NCBI GenBank assembly: GCA_046290465.1
Contig: JBKAGP010000001.1
Coordinates: forward strand, 3,552,001-3,616,000
Source: Planctomycetota bacterium
GTDB taxonomy: Bacteria > Planctomycetota > UBA1135 > UBA2386
Reading direction: 5' to 3'
DNA: 64,000 nt
Both the position numbers and the translations under genes were made by a program. Shown piece by piece: positions 19,401 through 29,592 of the stretch (positions are counted from its first letter, which is position 1; each line of letters starts with the position of its first letter). Under the pieces are notes generated by a model. That model worked only from the letters and a program-made list of their open reading frames with translations, ran no database searches and was not told where the DNA came from.

Positions 19401-21513
19401 CGCCTCCGAGCAACGCCGCGACTTCACCCCGACGATCTACTGGGACACGCTGCTGCTGACCGACGAGCGCGGCGAGGCGACGATCGCGTTCGACACCACC
19501 GACGCCGTCACCACCTGGCAGGTCGAAGCTGACGCGCACGTCGCGATCGGCGACACCGGCCGCCTCGGCCAGGCGTCGACGACGTTCACGACGCAGCTGC
19601 CGCTGCAGATCGAGCCGAAGCTGCCCGACGAGGTCTCGTGCGGCGACCGCCTGCAGCTGCCGGTCGCGGCAATCCTCAAGCAGGCCCGCGCCGGCGAGGT
19701 CGCGCTGACCGTCAAGCTCGGCCCCGGCCTGCGCCTCGGCAAGGACGCGCCCAGCGCGATCGCGCTCGAGGGCCAGAGCGGCGGCACCGGCCGCGGCCGG
19801 GCCCTGCTGCCCGTCGAGGTCACCGACTTCGTCGGCACCACCACGATCGAGCTGGAGGCTCGCGCCGGCGGCTTCGTCGACCGTGTGCGCCACACGCTGC
19901 AGGTCGCGCCGCGCGGCTTCCCCCACCGCCGCTCGGCCGGCGGCCAGGCGATCGCCGGCACCGATGGCCGCTGGTCGGTGACGATCCCGGACGACGCGGT
20001 GCCGGGCTCCGGCCAGGCGACGCTGGTCGTCTACCCGTCGCCGATCGCCGCGCTGACCGAAGGCCTCGAGGGCATCCTGCGCGAACCGCACGGCTGCTTC
20101 GAGCAGACCAGCTCGTCGAACTACCCCAACACGCTGGTGCTCCGCCTGATCGAGGCCAGCGGCGACGACCTGCCGCGGATCGCGGCGCGCGCCCGCGACC
20201 TGCTGCCGCGCGGCTACCGCCGCATCGTCGGCTACGAGTGCCCCGAGAAGGGCTACGAGTGGTGGGGCAAGGACCCCGGTCACGAGACGCTGACGGCCTA
20301 CGGCCTGCTGCAGTTCCACGACATGTCGAAGGTCTACGACGTCGACGTGGAGATGGTCGATCGCACCCGCAGGTGGCTGCTCGGACGGCGTGACGGCGAA
20401 GGCAACTTCGTGCGACCGACCGGCAACAGCCACAGCTTCGGTGGCCGTGACCCGAAGGTCACCAACGCCTACGTCACCTACGCGCTGCTGCAGACCGGCA
20501 CGCCGGAGGCGGAGCTGAAGGTCGAGATCGACGCGCTGGTCGCGCGCATCGAGCAGGCCGACGCCTACGAGCTGGCGCTGATCGCGTGCGCGCTCGCCCT
20601 CACCGAGCGCGTCGAGGCCGCCGAGGCGCGCGACCGCCTCGCGTCGCTGCAGCAGGACGACGGCTCGGTGCCGGGCGCCAGGACGACGATCACGATGAGC
20701 GGCGGCCGCGACCGGATCGTCGAGACCACCGGCTTCGCCGTGCTGGCGTGGCTGCGAGACCCGGCCAAGGCGGGCCACGTGCGCAAGGCCGTCGCCTACC
20801 TGCATGCGGCGCGCGGCGGCCACGGCACGTTCGGCGCCACGCAGGCGACCATCGTGGCGCTGCGAGCGCTGACCGAATACGCGACCGTCAGCCGCACGAT
20901 GCGGGAGGCCGGTGCGATCCAGGTCTTCGACGGCGAGCGCCTGCTGGCTCGCCAACCGTTCGCGGCGCACGACGTCGGGCCGATCAAGTTCGAACTCTGG
21001 AACGAACTCACGCCAGGCGCACACTCGCTGCGCATCGAGCTCACCGGCGGCGGCAAGTCGCCGATGCCCTGGTCCGGCGAGATCGCCTACCACGCCGAAC
21101 TTCCGGCCACCGACCCGCTGACGCAGACGGCGGTGACGACCCGGCTGCGCGAGGCGAGCGTCGAAGAAGGTCGCACCGTGGCCCTTGACGTCACCATCGA
21201 GAACGTCACCGACGACGAGCTGCCGACCCCGATGGCGATCGTCGGCCTGCCGGCCGGCCTCGACATCTCGACCGAGGTGCTCGAGGACATGAAGAAGGCC
21301 CAGCGGTTCGACTACTGGGAACTGCAGGGCCGCGAGCTGGTGCTCTACTGGCGCAAGCTCGATGCCACCGAGCGGCGCGAGCTGACGTTCGACCTGACGG
21401 CGCGCATCCCGGGCACGTCGCGCGGGCCAGCGTCGCGGTCCTACCTCTACTACACGCCGCAGCAGAAGCAGTGGGCGCAGCCGCTGGAGATCGAGGTGCG
21501 CCCAGCGGGATGA
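16477..21513 (+). CDS. Alpha-2-macroglobulin-family thioester protein with N-terminal anti-sigma-like domain and TM helices
   Basis: MG2 motif STDRPVYRPGE, LLGTRGWRRF, RRDFTPTIYW, thioester PHGCFEQ (20092-20106), LTAYGL, C-terminal YLYYTP. ATGA overlap with the sigma gene, preceded by AAGGAG. Confidence 0.88.
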   Translation: MSAPGNWSPEEREQLVQELLELHFGCHEAPDQLEARLAQDPALRALQAEVAGQAGVIEEAVKPEQARLELPADDVHASAARRPRWYHTPIGRVTMAFAAAALVVLGLLGLERVHDWQLDGYREDHLHLTVSAPRAVPAGAPWSFTVETKDLSGGPAECRVRWTAFGEKGEALASGEAPTEAGSAVIAMGSDLAVPTRVEVVASHHADEAKQIFALSTAYASPLVHVSTDRPVYRPGEPVFVRVTVLDRVSRLPLKRPSPMYAELIDAKGASIANDFDGVVPNGVGTFRMQVPADSAGGVHQVRVRSQMQLFPEETAELVVRSFRNPQLDQEIVLDRKSYAPGARGAATVTATRLGDGQPCSLAKVRGAVIVDGNEVWSEESGLGAQGEITFRFQIPKEIERGAARFVAQVTDGGVVESAIEPFVVPTGKVAVAAFPEGGELVAGIENGLYLECTDALDRPIDTTGELIDADGRRVASFRTQHQGRVRMTFVPEKGATYRVRVAGKAETFELPAVRESGVAMRLLGDDVGAGQPLRMALGGRGNGPWVLGVFCRGVMVAQTTLRPNDNGELHARPEIALPDTAIGVLRATVFDRELKPVAERLLRRRSTHTLDVRLATEHDVLAPGDRQQVKVTAIDETGEPTRAVLGVRCTDVAATSMGDEPRISLVDQAMLFGDVHEMEDLGDFFLSNEAGGRNADLLLGTRGWRRFVWRNDAAAKQAIVDAGDAGKGILAREGFSQTPQVRSNLKAAMAPFAEAQERVRDSRQLLAGMATLGIMLLLLLIVAELVAWGLRSWRSVSASTQVFAGIVVAVLLFGSFSVLQLFGSQLLEPADGAAMAPARSGEAVDFEGPSMFATHAQPLAAPAWRGLQAGRYFNDGIAGDISFDYFGIGATAGGGQIDLPVVHRFSSRFDDVQPSLFLPPQIREIPSEEAEELLGEAAPRSDAYFAPAFRYDPRTILQNYKQHWIQRQYAHRHVASEQRRDFTPTIYWDTLLLTDERGEATIAFDTTDAVTTWQVEADAHVAIGDTGRLGQASTTFTTQLPLQIEPKLPDEVSCGDRLQLPVAAILKQARAGEVALTVKLGPGLRLGKDAPSAIALEGQSGGTGRGRALLPVEVTDFVGTTTIELEARAGGFVDRVRHTLQVAPRGFPHRRSAGGQAIAGTDGRWSVTIPDDAVPGSGQATLVVYPSPIAALTEGLEGILREPHGCFEQTSSSNYPNTLVLRLIEASGDDLPRIAARARDLLPRGYRRIVGYECPEKGYEWWGKDPGHETLTAYGLLQFHDMSKVYDVDVEMVDRTRRWLLGRRDGEGNFVRPTGNSHSFGGRDPKVTNAYVTYALLQTGTPEAELKVEIDALVARIEQADAYELALIACALALTERVEAAEARDRLASLQQDDGSVPGARTTITMSGGRDRIVETTGFAVLAWLRDPAKAGHVRKAVAYLHAARGGHGTFGATQATIVALRALTEYATVSRTMREAGAIQVFDGERLLARQPFAAHDVGPIKFELWNELTPGAHSLRIELTGGGKSPMPWSGEIAYHAELPATDPLTQTAVTTRLREASVEEGRTVALDVTIENVTDDELPTPMAIVGLPAGLDISTEVLEDMKKAQRFDYWELQGRELVLYWRKLDATERRELTFDLTARIPGTSRGPASRSYLYYTPQQKQWAQPLEIEVRPAG

Positions 21514-21574
21514 CTGTCGCGATGACTGTCGCGATGACTGTCGCGATGACTGTCGCGATGACTGTCGCGATGAC
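21509..21574 (+). repeat. 12-bp tandem repeat GATGACTGTCGC x5.5
   Basis: Five perfect units plus GATGAC; the first unit contains the A2M stop codon. Confidence 0.95.
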
Positions 21575-21599
21575 GCGGGCAGGCTATGCTGCCCGCGTC

Positions 21600-22955
21600 A
21601 TGCGCCTCGCCGCCGCCATCCTCCTCGCGCTGACCGCGACCGCCGCCGGTCAGGCCCCCGCGAACTACTACAACACGGTCGTCACCGCGAACGCCGCGCA
21701 GCTGCGCGCGACCCTGCACGCGGTGATCGACGACCACCAGCGGTTCCCCTACACGTCGGGCGGCACCGACACGTGGGACATCCTCGAGGACGCCGACCAG
21801 GATCCGGGCAACGCATCGCGCATCCTCGACGTCTACCGCAACGCGTCGTACGCGAAGGTCGGCGGCGGCAACTCCAACTACAACCGCGAGCACGTCTGGC
21901 CCAACAGCTACGGCTTCCCGAACGACGGCGGCGGCAACTACCCCTACACGGACTGCCACAACCTGTTCCTCTGCAACATCGGCTACAACGGCCAGCGCGA
22001 CCGCAAGCCGTTCGACAACGGCAGCGCCAGCTGGGTCGAGCTGACGACCGTCGGCGGCGGCAGCGGCAGTTACCCGGGCAACTCCAACTGGCGCACGACG
22101 AGCAACTCGCCGGGCGGCTTCGAGGTCTGGCAGGACCGCCGCGGCGACATCGCGCGCGCGCTGTTCTACATGGACGTTCGCTACGAGGGCGGCACGCACC
22201 AGAACGGCAGCGCCGAGCCGGACCTGATCCTGACCGACACGGTGTCGTTGATCACCAGCAGCGCGACCGGCAACAACGAGTCGGTGGCCTACATGGGCAA
22301 GCTCAGCGTGCTGCTGCAGTGGCACGCGCAGGACCCGGTCGACGGCAAGGAGATGGCACGCAACGACGCGGTGTTCGGCTACCAGGGCAACCGCAACCCG
22401 TTCGTCGACCACCCGGAGTGGGTCGACTGCATCTTCGCCAACCAGTGCAGCACCTCGACGTCGCAGCGCGAGCCCGAGGTCTGGATCAACGAGCTGCACT
22501 ACGACAACGCCGGCGCCGACCTCAACGAGTTCGTCGAACTGGCCGGCCGCGCCGGCGAACGCATCGACGGCTGGATGCTGGTCGCCTACGACGGTGCCAC
22601 CGGCCAGGCCTACGACCGCGTCGCGCTGCGCGGCACGTTCGCCGACCAGCAGAACGGGTTCGGCACGTTGTCCTTCGCGTTCCCCGGCCTACAGAACGGT
22701 CTCGACGGGGTCGCCGTGGTGACCTCGACCGGAGTCGTGATGCAGTTCCTCAGCTACGGCGGCACGTTCGTCGCCAGCAACGGCGCCTGCAAGGGCCGCA
22801 GCTCGGTCGACATCGGCGTCACCGAAGGCGCCTCGACGCCGGTCGGGTTCTCGCTGCGGCTCTCCGGGACCGGCAGCGGCTACGCGCAGTTCGCCTGGCA
22901 GCCGCCGTTCGTGCAGACCCCCGGCACCCCGAACGTCAGCCAGACCTTCCAGTAA
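21600..22955 (+). CDS. Secreted endonuclease I family nuclease (Bsn/EndA-like) with C-terminal lamin-tail-like domain
   Basis: Signal peptide; NREHVWP, DCHNLF, RGDIARALFYMDVRY, QGNRNPFVDHPEW; WINELHYDNAG..EFVEL. Confidence 0.9.
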   Translation: MRLAAAILLALTATAAGQAPANYYNTVVTANAAQLRATLHAVIDDHQRFPYTSGGTDTWDILEDADQDPGNASRILDVYRNASYAKVGGGNSNYNREHVWPNSYGFPNDGGGNYPYTDCHNLFLCNIGYNGQRDRKPFDNGSASWVELTTVGGGSGSYPGNSNWRTTSNSPGGFEVWQDRRGDIARALFYMDVRYEGGTHQNGSAEPDLILTDTVSLITSSATGNNESVAYMGKLSVLLQWHAQDPVDGKEMARNDAVFGYQGNRNPFVDHPEWVDCIFANQCSTSTSQREPEVWINELHYDNAGADLNEFVELAGRAGERIDGWMLVAYDGATGQAYDRVALRGTFADQQNGFGTLSFAFPGLQNGLDGVAVVTSTGVVMQFLSYGGTFVASNGACKGRSSVDIGVTEGASTPVGFSLRLSGTGSGYAQFAWQPPFVQTPGTPNVSQTFQ

Positions 22956-22970
22956 GCCATGCTCTGAGCC

Positions 22971-23147
22971 CTGAACACCCCGAAGAGGATCGCGGTCGCG
23001 GCCCTCGTCACCGCCGCCGGATGGGCACTTCAGCACTACGCCGGCGTGCCGCACGCGCTGGTGCTCGGGCTGTTCGTGGGGCTGTTCGCGGCGCGGCTGG
23101 TTCCGGCGGGCGCGTGCGCGGTGCCGCGCGCCGAAGCGCGGGACTAG
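22971..23147 (+). CDS. Possible small two-helix membrane protein (58 aa; non-canonical start or 5' nonsense mutation)
   Basis: Manual translation LNTPKRIAVAALVTAAGWALQHYAGVPHALVLGLFVGLFAARLVPAGACAVPRAEARD*; the in-frame ATG 22959 is followed by TGA at codon 3. Confidence 0.45.
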   Translation: MNTPKRIAVAALVTAAGWALQHYAGVPHALVLGLFVGLFAARLVPAGACAVPRAEARD

Positions 23148-23239
23148 GGGCGTTCGGCGACGGAGGTGACAACGGTGTCACGAACCCACGTTCGGCGGGA
23201 CGTCGGCGCCGCGCGCTCATTCGCTAGGATATGCGCGCC

Positions 23240-26200
23240 ATGCCTCGTCCGACCCGCCGACTCCTCGGGGGCGTTGCCCTCGTACTGACCACGACCGCCG
23301 CCGCCCAGCACGACGGGGTCGTGCCCGAGCCAGCCGCCGCCGCCAGCGTCGACTACCTGCGCGACGTGCGGCCGATCCTGGCCGAGCACTGCTACAGCTG
23401 CCACGGCCCCGACCAGAAGGAACGCAAGGGCGACCTGCGCCTCGACCTGAAGAAGGACGCGTTCGCCGACCGCGGCGACTACGCAGTCGTCAAGCCCAAC
23501 GATCCGGACGACTCCGAACTGCTGCTGCGCATCACCAGCGACGACCCCGACGAGGTGATGCCGCCGCCGGACTGCGACGACGCGCTGAAGCCTGCCGAGG
23601 TCGAGGTGCTGCGCAAGTGGATCGCGGAAGGCGCTGGCTGGCAGGAGCACTGGGCGTTCGTGCCGCCCAAGCGGCCGGCGACGCCACCGGTTCAGGACGG
23701 CGACTGGACCCGCAACGACATCGACGCGTTCGTGCTCGCACGACTCGAACAGCAGGGGCTGCGTCCCAGCGGTGAGGCGACCCGCGAACAGTGGCTGCGG
23801 CGCGTCACGTTCGACTTGATCGGCCTGCCGCCGACTCCGAAGGAGATCGACGCCTTCTTGCGCGACACCTCGGCCGACGCCTACGCCAAGGTCGTCGACC
23901 GCCTGCTCGCCGACGAACGCTACGGCGAGCGCATGGCGACCGACTGGCTCGACGCCGCCCGCTACGCCGATTCGAGCGGCTACCAGCGCGACAGCTCGCG
24001 CGAGGCGTGGAAGTGGCGCGACTGGGTCATCGACGCGCTCAACCAGAACATGCCGTTCGACCGGTTCGCGATCGAACAGCTGGCCGGCGACCTGCTGCCG
24101 GAGCCGACGCTGGACCAGCGCATCGCGACCGGCTTCAACCGAAACCACCCGGTCAACACCGAGGCGGGCGAGGAGCTCGACGAGTACCGTTCGGCCTACG
24201 TCATCGACCGCGTGCACACGACGGCGACGACCTTCCTCGGCCTGACGGTCGCGTGCGCGCAGTGCCACGACCACAAGTACGACCCGATCTCGCAGAAGGA
24301 GTTCTACTCGTTCTACGGGTTCTTCAACTCGATCAAGGAGCGCGACAACGGCAGCGGCCGCAACCCGAAGCCGGCGATCGCAGCCCCCGACGAGGACCAG
24401 CTCGCCAGGCTGCGCGACCTCGAGGCGCGCATCGAGATGCTCAAGAAGCGGCTCGAACAGGACGACCCGATCACCGACCAGTTCCAGACGCGCTGGGAGA
24501 ACGCGACGCGCAAACGGCTCGGCGGGCCGATCGCGTGGACGCCGCTGAAGCCGACCGAGTTCATGGCGCGCTACGGCTCGCGGCTGGTGCTGCAGGACGA
24601 CCACTCGGTGCTCGCGACCGGTCCGACGCCGTCGCGCGACACCTACGACCTCGTGTTTGCGCCCGGCAAGCGCAAGATCCAGGCGATCCGCATCGAGGTG
24701 CTGCCGGACCCGTCGATGCCGCACGGCGCTTCGGGCCGCGCCGACGACGGCCGCTTCATCCTGTCGCGCCTGACGTCGCGCATGACCAGCGTCTCGGACA
24801 GCAGCGACCCGCCGCTGATCGCCTACGCGCTGGCCGAAGCCGACATCAACCAGAAGCGCGACCGCGACGAGCACTACCTGACCGCGATCAACCCCGGCTC
24901 GTTCGGTGCGTCCGTCGCGGTCGAGGACGACTCGGGCAGCGGCGGCTTCCGCCGTTCGTTCGGCGGCTGGAGCATCGCCGGCGACGAGCGCAAGCAGGCA
25001 CGCGAGGCGGTGCTGATCCCGATCGAACCGCTCGACTCCAACGCGATGTCGCTGCTGCGGCTGACGCTCGAACACAACTCGCGCAACAAGTTCCGCAGCC
25101 TGATCGGCCGCTTCCGCGTGTCGTTCACCGAGGACCCGCGCGTCCGCGAGCAACTGGTGCCGCTGGCCGAGACGCACTGGCGCAGCATCGGGCCGTTCCC
25201 GGCCCCGTCCGTCGCAGCCGCGCACGCGCTGCCGTTCGGCCCGGAGAAGGACCTCAAGGAGCCCAACTGGAAGAAGAAGCACAACCAGCCGATCCTGCCG
25301 AAGAAGGAGGAGGCAAGCAGCAAGAAGCCGGCGGGCGGCGGCAAGCCCGGCGAGAAGGCGCCGGCGGCCAATGCCGCGGTCGCCAAGGGCAAGCCGCGGC
25401 CAGCCGGCCCGAAGACGGCCGAGGCCGGCAAGGGCAGGGCGGACACGCCGAAGCCCGCGGCGACGACGGGCGCGGCGAAGGGCAAGCCGACCGGCAAGGC
25501 CGACCCGAAGCCGGTCGCCGCGGCGCCGGCGAAGAAGCCCGCCCCCCAGCAGCAGGACGACGAGAAGGACGACGAGCAGGCCAGGCCGAAGCGCAAGCCG
25601 AAGCCCAAGCGCCTCGCGTGGACCGAGCAGACGAAGTGGCGTGACGGCAGCCGCGCGACCGTGCCCGTCACCGGACCGGCGTCGGCGACCTACCTGTCGC
25701 GCACGCTGACGACCAGGCAGCCGCGCACCGCGCGCATCGAGTTGTCCGGCGGCGAAGGTGCCAAGGTCTGGCTCAACGGCAAGGTCGTCGGCGACTTCGC
25801 GCCGAGCCCGACCCCGGCGACGCCGCCGAAGCCGCAGACCGGCAGCCCGATGGCGTTCGACCCGGCCGACTTCGATCCGGAGACCTTCGACTTCGCCAAC
25901 TTCGATCCGGCGATGTTCGAGAACTTCGACCCGTCGCAGCTGCGCCGCAGCCGCTCGACGAGCAAGCCGCGCGAGCTGCGCATCGGCCTGCGCAAGGGCG
26001 AGAACCACCTCGTCGTCAAGCTGACCGGCAAGGGCAGTTCGCCGTCGTCGTCCCGCCGCGGTGGCGGTTCGTCGACGAGCCCGTCGCCGATGTCGCGACG
26101 CAGCCGCAGCAGCGGCACGTCGTTCACGTTCGAGATCGTGCCCGAGGGCGACGACGTGCTGAACTACGAGACGATGCTCGCCGTGCGCGGCCGCGCCGGC

Positions 26201-27559
26201 GACGCGCCGAGCAAGGCCGCCGAAGCCAGCGTGAGCAAGCCGGACGGCGACAAGGCCGACAAGAAGAGCAAGCAGCTGACCCCGGTCGAACGCCGCGCCA
26301 AGGTCGCTCGCGAATGGTACCGGACCCGCATCGACGTGGCCGGCCGCGTGCTGGCCGACGAGCTGCGCAAGCTCGAGCGCGAGAAGGGCGAACTCGAACG
26401 CACGCTGCCGTCGGCGCTGGTCATGGAGGAGCTCGACGAGCCGCGCAAGACGCGCGTGTTCGTGCGTGGCGACTACCGCAACCCCGGCGAGGAGGTCGAG
26501 GTCGGCACGCCGTCGATGCTGCCCCCGATGCCGAAGGACCTGCCGAAGAACCGCCTCGGCCTGGCCAGGTGGCTGATGTCGGGCGATCACCCGCTGACCG
26601 CGCGGGTCACCGTCAACCGGGCGTGGCAGCAGTTCTTCGGCCGCGGCATCGTCAGCACGGCGGAGGACTTCGGCATCCGCGGTGCGCAGCCGAGCCACCC
26701 GCAGCTGCTCGACTGGCTGGCGACCGAGTTCGTGCAGAGCGGCTGGAACCTCAAGAAGCTGCACCGCTCGATCGTGCTGTCGGCGACCTACCGCCAGAAC
26801 GCGCACATGTCGAAGCAGGCCCTGGCCAGCGACCCCGACAACGTGCGGCTGGCGCGCGGCCCGCACCAACGCCTGACGGCCGAGATGGTGCGCGACCAGG
26901 CGCTGCACGTCGCCGGCCTGCTCAAGCAGAAGGTCGGCGGCAAGAGCGTCAAGCCGTTCCAGCCCGAGGGCCTGTGGCGCGCGACGCTCGGCTCGGGCCG
27001 CTGGTCGCAGGACAAGGATGACGAACGCTACCGCCGCGGCCTCTACGTCTACTGGAAGCGCGGCGTGCCGTACCCGTCGTTCATGGCGTTCGACGCGAGC
27101 AAGCGCGAGACCTGCACGGTGACGCGCACGCGCACGACCACGCCGCTGCAGGCGCTCGTCATGCTCAACGACCCGGTCTACGCCGAGGCCGGCCGCCACC
27201 TGGGCCAGCGCCTGCAGAAGGACGGCGGCGACGACGATCGCGCCCGCATCGCGTTCGGCTTCAAGCTGGTCGCCTCGCGCGCGCCCGAGCCCAAGGAGGT
27301 CGAGCTGCTGACCCGGCTGCTCGGCCAGCTCCGCAAGCACTACGAGGCCAACGACAAGGACGCCAAGGCGGTGCTCGGCCTGGAGGAGAAGAAGCCGAAC
27401 TCACGAGGGCGCTCGCGCGGCACCCCGACACCGAAACCCAAACCCGTCGCGCGGTCGTCGAAGCAGCGCAAGGACGACGTGCCGCCGGCCGAGGCCGCGG
27501 CCTGGGCGCAGCTCGGCTGCACGCTGCTGAACCTCGAAGCCGCGATCCGGAGGGGCTGA
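23240..27559 (+). CDS. Planctomycete cytochrome c / DUF1549 / DUF1553 protein with large insertion
   Basis: CYSCH and CAQCHDHK heme motifs; [60 protein letters not shown]. Confidence 0.92.
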   Translation: MPRPTRRLLGGVALVLTTTAAAQHDGVVPEPAAAASVDYLRDVRPILAEHCYSCHGPDQKERKGDLRLDLKKDAFADRGDYAVVKPNDPDDSELLLRITSDDPDEVMPPPDCDDALKPAEVEVLRKWIAEGAGWQEHWAFVPPKRPATPPVQDGDWTRNDIDAFVLARLEQQGLRPSGEATREQWLRRVTFDLIGLPPTPKEIDAFLRDTSADAYAKVVDRLLADERYGERMATDWLDAARYADSSGYQRDSSREAWKWRDWVIDALNQNMPFDRFAIEQLAGDLLPEPTLDQRIATGFNRNHPVNTEAGEELDEYRSAYVIDRVHTTATTFLGLTVACAQCHDHKYDPISQKEFYSFYGFFNSIKERDNGSGRNPKPAIAAPDEDQLARLRDLEARIEMLKKRLEQDDPITDQFQTRWENATRKRLGGPIAWTPLKPTEFMARYGSRLVLQDDHSVLATGPTPSRDTYDLVFAPGKRKIQAIRIEVLPDPSMPHGASGRADDGRFILSRLTSRMTSVSDSSDPPLIAYALAEADINQKRDRDEHYLTAINPGSFGASVAVEDDSGSGGFRRSFGGWSIAGDERKQAREAVLIPIEPLDSNAMSLLRLTLEHNSRNKFRSLIGRFRVSFTEDPRVREQLVPLAETHWRSIGPFPAPSVAAAHALPFGPEKDLKEPNWKKKHNQPILPKKEEASSKKPAGGGKPGEKAPAANAAVAKGKPRPAGPKTAEAGKGRADTPKPAATTGAAKGKPTGKADPKPVAAAPAKKPAPQQQDDEKDDEQARPKRKPKPKRLAWTEQTKWRDGSRATVPVTGPASATYLSRTLTTRQPRTARIELSGGEGAKVWLNGKVVGDFAPSPTPATPPKPQTGSPMAFDPADFDPETFDFANFDPAMFENFDPSQLRRSRSTSKPRELRIGLRKGENHLVVKLTGKGSSPSSSRRGGGSSTSPSPMSRRSRSSGTSFTFEIVPEGDDVLNYETMLAVRGRAGDAPSKAAEASVSKPDGDKADKKSKQLTPVERRAKVAREWYRTRIDVAGRVLADELRKLEREKGELERTLPSALVMEELDEPRKTRVFVRGDYRNPGEEVEVGTPSMLPPMPKDLPKNRLGLARWLMSGDHPLTARVTVNRAWQQFFGRGIVSTAEDFGIRGAQPSHPQLLDWLATEFVQSGWNLKKLHRSIVLSATYRQNAHMSKQALASDPDNVRLARGPHQRLTAEMVRDQALHVAGLLKQKVGGKSVKPFQPEGLWRATLGSGRWSQDKDDERYRRGLYVYWKRGVPYPSFMAFDASKRETCTVTRTRTTTPLQALVMLNDPVYAEAGRHLGQRLQKDGGDDDRARIAFGFKLVASRAPEPKEVELLTRLLGQLRKHYEANDKDAKAVLGLEEKKPNSRGRSRGTPTPKPKPVARSSKQRKDDVPPAEAAAWAQLGCTLLNLEAAIRRG

Positions 27560-27561
27560 TC

Positions 27562-28998
27562 ATGAACATGTCCGAACACCTTTCGCGCCGTTCCTTCGTC
27601 GGCGGCAGCGCCATGGGCCTCGGCTCGCTGGCGTTCTCGATGCTGTCGCAGCGCGGCCTCGCCCAGACTGCAGCGCCGACGCTGCAGGGACCGCAGGACC
27701 CCGAATGGAAGCTCGACAAGGCGCAGGCCAAGCGCGTCGTCGTGATCTTCCTGTCGGGTGGCCTGTCGCAGCAGGACCTGTTCGACGAGAAGCCGCTGCT
27801 CAACGAACGCCGCGGCGAGCAGCTGCCGCCGTCGGTGCGCCAGGGCGGCCGCGTCTCGGGCCTGACCGAGCGCCAGGGGCAGCTGCCCGTGGTCGGCAGC
27901 AAGTTCGAGTTCGAGGACTACGGCAAGTCCGGCCTGCGCATGTCCGAACTGGTGCCGCACCTCGGCGAGGTCGCCGACGACCTGTGCCTGATCCGTTCGC
28001 TGCAGAGCGACCACGTGCTGCACGAAGCCGCCAACACGATCTTCTTCACCGGCACGCAGCTGCTCGGCAGACCGTCGTGGGGCGCCTGGTCGTCGTACGC
28101 GCTCGGCGACGGCAAGAGCAACCTGCCGGAGTTCGTCGTGCTGCTGTCCAACCCCAACCCGTCGACGCCGCTGCACCCGCGGCTGTGGCACAACGGCTTC
28201 CTCGAGGGCCGCCACCAGGGCGTTCCGTTCCGCAGCGGCAAGGACCCGGTGCTGTTCGTGAAGAGCCCGAAGGGCGTCGACGAGAAGGTGCGCAAGTACC
28301 AGCTCGACGCGTTGAAGGAGCTCAACCAGATGGAGGCCGGCCGCAGCGGCGACCCGGACGCGGTCGCGCGGCTGGCGGCCTACGAGACCGCCGCGCGCAT
28401 GCAGACGAGCGTGCCCGAACTCGCCGACCTGTCGGACGAACCGGACGAACTGCTCGAGGACTACGGCGCCGAGCCGGGCGAGAGCAGCTTTGCCAACAAC
28501 TGCCTGCTGGCGCGCCGCCTGCTCGAGCGCGGGGTCAAGTTCGTGCAGCTGTGCGACGCCGGTTGGGACCACCACTTCAACATCCCGCGCGTGCTGCCGC
28601 GCAAGTGCGAACAGGTCGACAAGCCGACCGCCGCGCTGATCCGCGACCTCAAGAACCGCGGCATGCTCGACGACACGATCGTGGTGTTCGCCGGCGAGTT
28701 CGGCCGCACGCCCTACTGTGAGGGCCCGCTGGCGTTCGACACCTACGGCCGCGACCACAACAATCTGGCGTGCTCGGCGATCGTCGCCGGCGGCGGCTTC
28801 AAGGGCGGCTACGCGCACGGCAAGACCGACGACTGGGGCTGGTCCGCCGCCGAGGACATCGTGCACGTGCACGACCTGCACGCGACGATCCTGCACCAGC
28901 TGGGCATCAACCACGAGAAGCTGACCGTTCGCAGCCAGGGCCGCGACTTCCGCCTCACCGACGTCGCCGGCCGCATCGAACCCCGACTCCTCACCTGA
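27562..28998 (+). CDS. DUF1501 family protein (Tat signal)
   Basis: SRRSFV Tat motif; GGLSQQDLFD, CLLARRLLERGVKFVQ, WDHH, GEFGRTP, GRDH, HDLHATILH. Confidence 0.92.
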   Translation: MNMSEHLSRRSFVGGSAMGLGSLAFSMLSQRGLAQTAAPTLQGPQDPEWKLDKAQAKRVVVIFLSGGLSQQDLFDEKPLLNERRGEQLPPSVRQGGRVSGLTERQGQLPVVGSKFEFEDYGKSGLRMSELVPHLGEVADDLCLIRSLQSDHVLHEAANTIFFTGTQLLGRPSWGAWSSYALGDGKSNLPEFVVLLSNPNPSTPLHPRLWHNGFLEGRHQGVPFRSGKDPVLFVKSPKGVDEKVRKYQLDALKELNQMEAGRSGDPDAVARLAAYETAARMQTSVPELADLSDEPDELLEDYGAEPGESSFANNCLLARRLLERGVKFVQLCDAGWDHHFNIPRVLPRKCEQVDKPTAALIRDLKNRGMLDDTIVVFAGEFGRTPYCEGPLAFDTYGRDHNNLACSAIVAGGGFKGGYAHGKTDDWGWSAAEDIVHVHDLHATILHQLGINHEKLTVRSQGRDFRLTDVAGRIEPRLLT

Positions 28999-29090
28999 GT
29001 TGCGGTACGGTACGCGGTTCATCCTCCAACGTTCGCGAACGCAAGCACTCGCGAACGTTGGACGATGCATCGCGCGCCCGCTCGGGCAAC
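28998..29090. repeat. Imperfect intergenic palindrome (REP-like), copy A
   Basis: 14-bp perfect inner stem 29025-29038/29049-29062; 28998-29036 matches the reverse complement of 47872-47910 at 37/39. Confidence 0.8.
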
Positions 29091-29104
29091 GTTCGCCGGT
29101 CCAT

Positions 29105-29443
29105 TCACTTCTTTGCCGTGCGGCGGGTCGCCGTCGCGACGGCGAACTGCCAGGCGGACTGCACGGCGTCCTCGACGACCTGACGCGGCACGCGGTCGAG
29201 CGACACCAGCGTGCAGCCGGCGCGGCCCCACGCACCGCTCGCCGGTCGGAACGCGTCGCCCGAGGCGAGCAGTTGCTGCTGCGTGCCCGGCGGCACCTTG
29301 ACCATCGCGGTCACCCCGTCGGCGTGCAGCGTCGCGAACACGCGGCCGCCGTGGCGGAAGTCGGCGTTGCCGTGGTGCGAACCCTCGACGCAGTCGGGAC
29401 AGGCGAGCGCAAACCTGCGGAACTGATCGGGCGTGACGGGCAC
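29105..29443 (-). CDS. MmcQ/YjbR family protein
   Basis: FRRFALACP..VEGSHHGNADFRHGGRVFATL...GAWGRAG...AW; GTG start 7 nt after TAGCAT. Confidence 0.85.
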   Translation of the reverse strand: MPVTPDQFRRFALACPDCVEGSHHGNADFRHGGRVFATLHADGVTAMVKVPPGTQQQLLASGDAFRPASGAWGRAGCTLVSLDRVPRQVVEDAVQSAWQFAVATATRRTAKK

Positions 29444-29592
29444 CCGCGAGATGCTAACCGCCTCCGCACGAGCGGCTCCAGGTCGACGACCGACCCGTCC
29501 ACCCCCGCGCGCGACGGCGCCACCCCTCTGCCCACAACCTTCCGCATCCGGCAGTAGGCCGCGGCTATGATCGGCGCGCCGTTCGGCCATCG

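Noticed and set aside
21509..21574. Possible CRISPR array
   Set aside because: Contiguous 12-bp units, no spacers, no cas genes.
22965..22967. Selenocysteine recoding of the TGA
   Set aside because: Codon 3 of a non-redox membrane peptide, with no evident SECIS hairpin.
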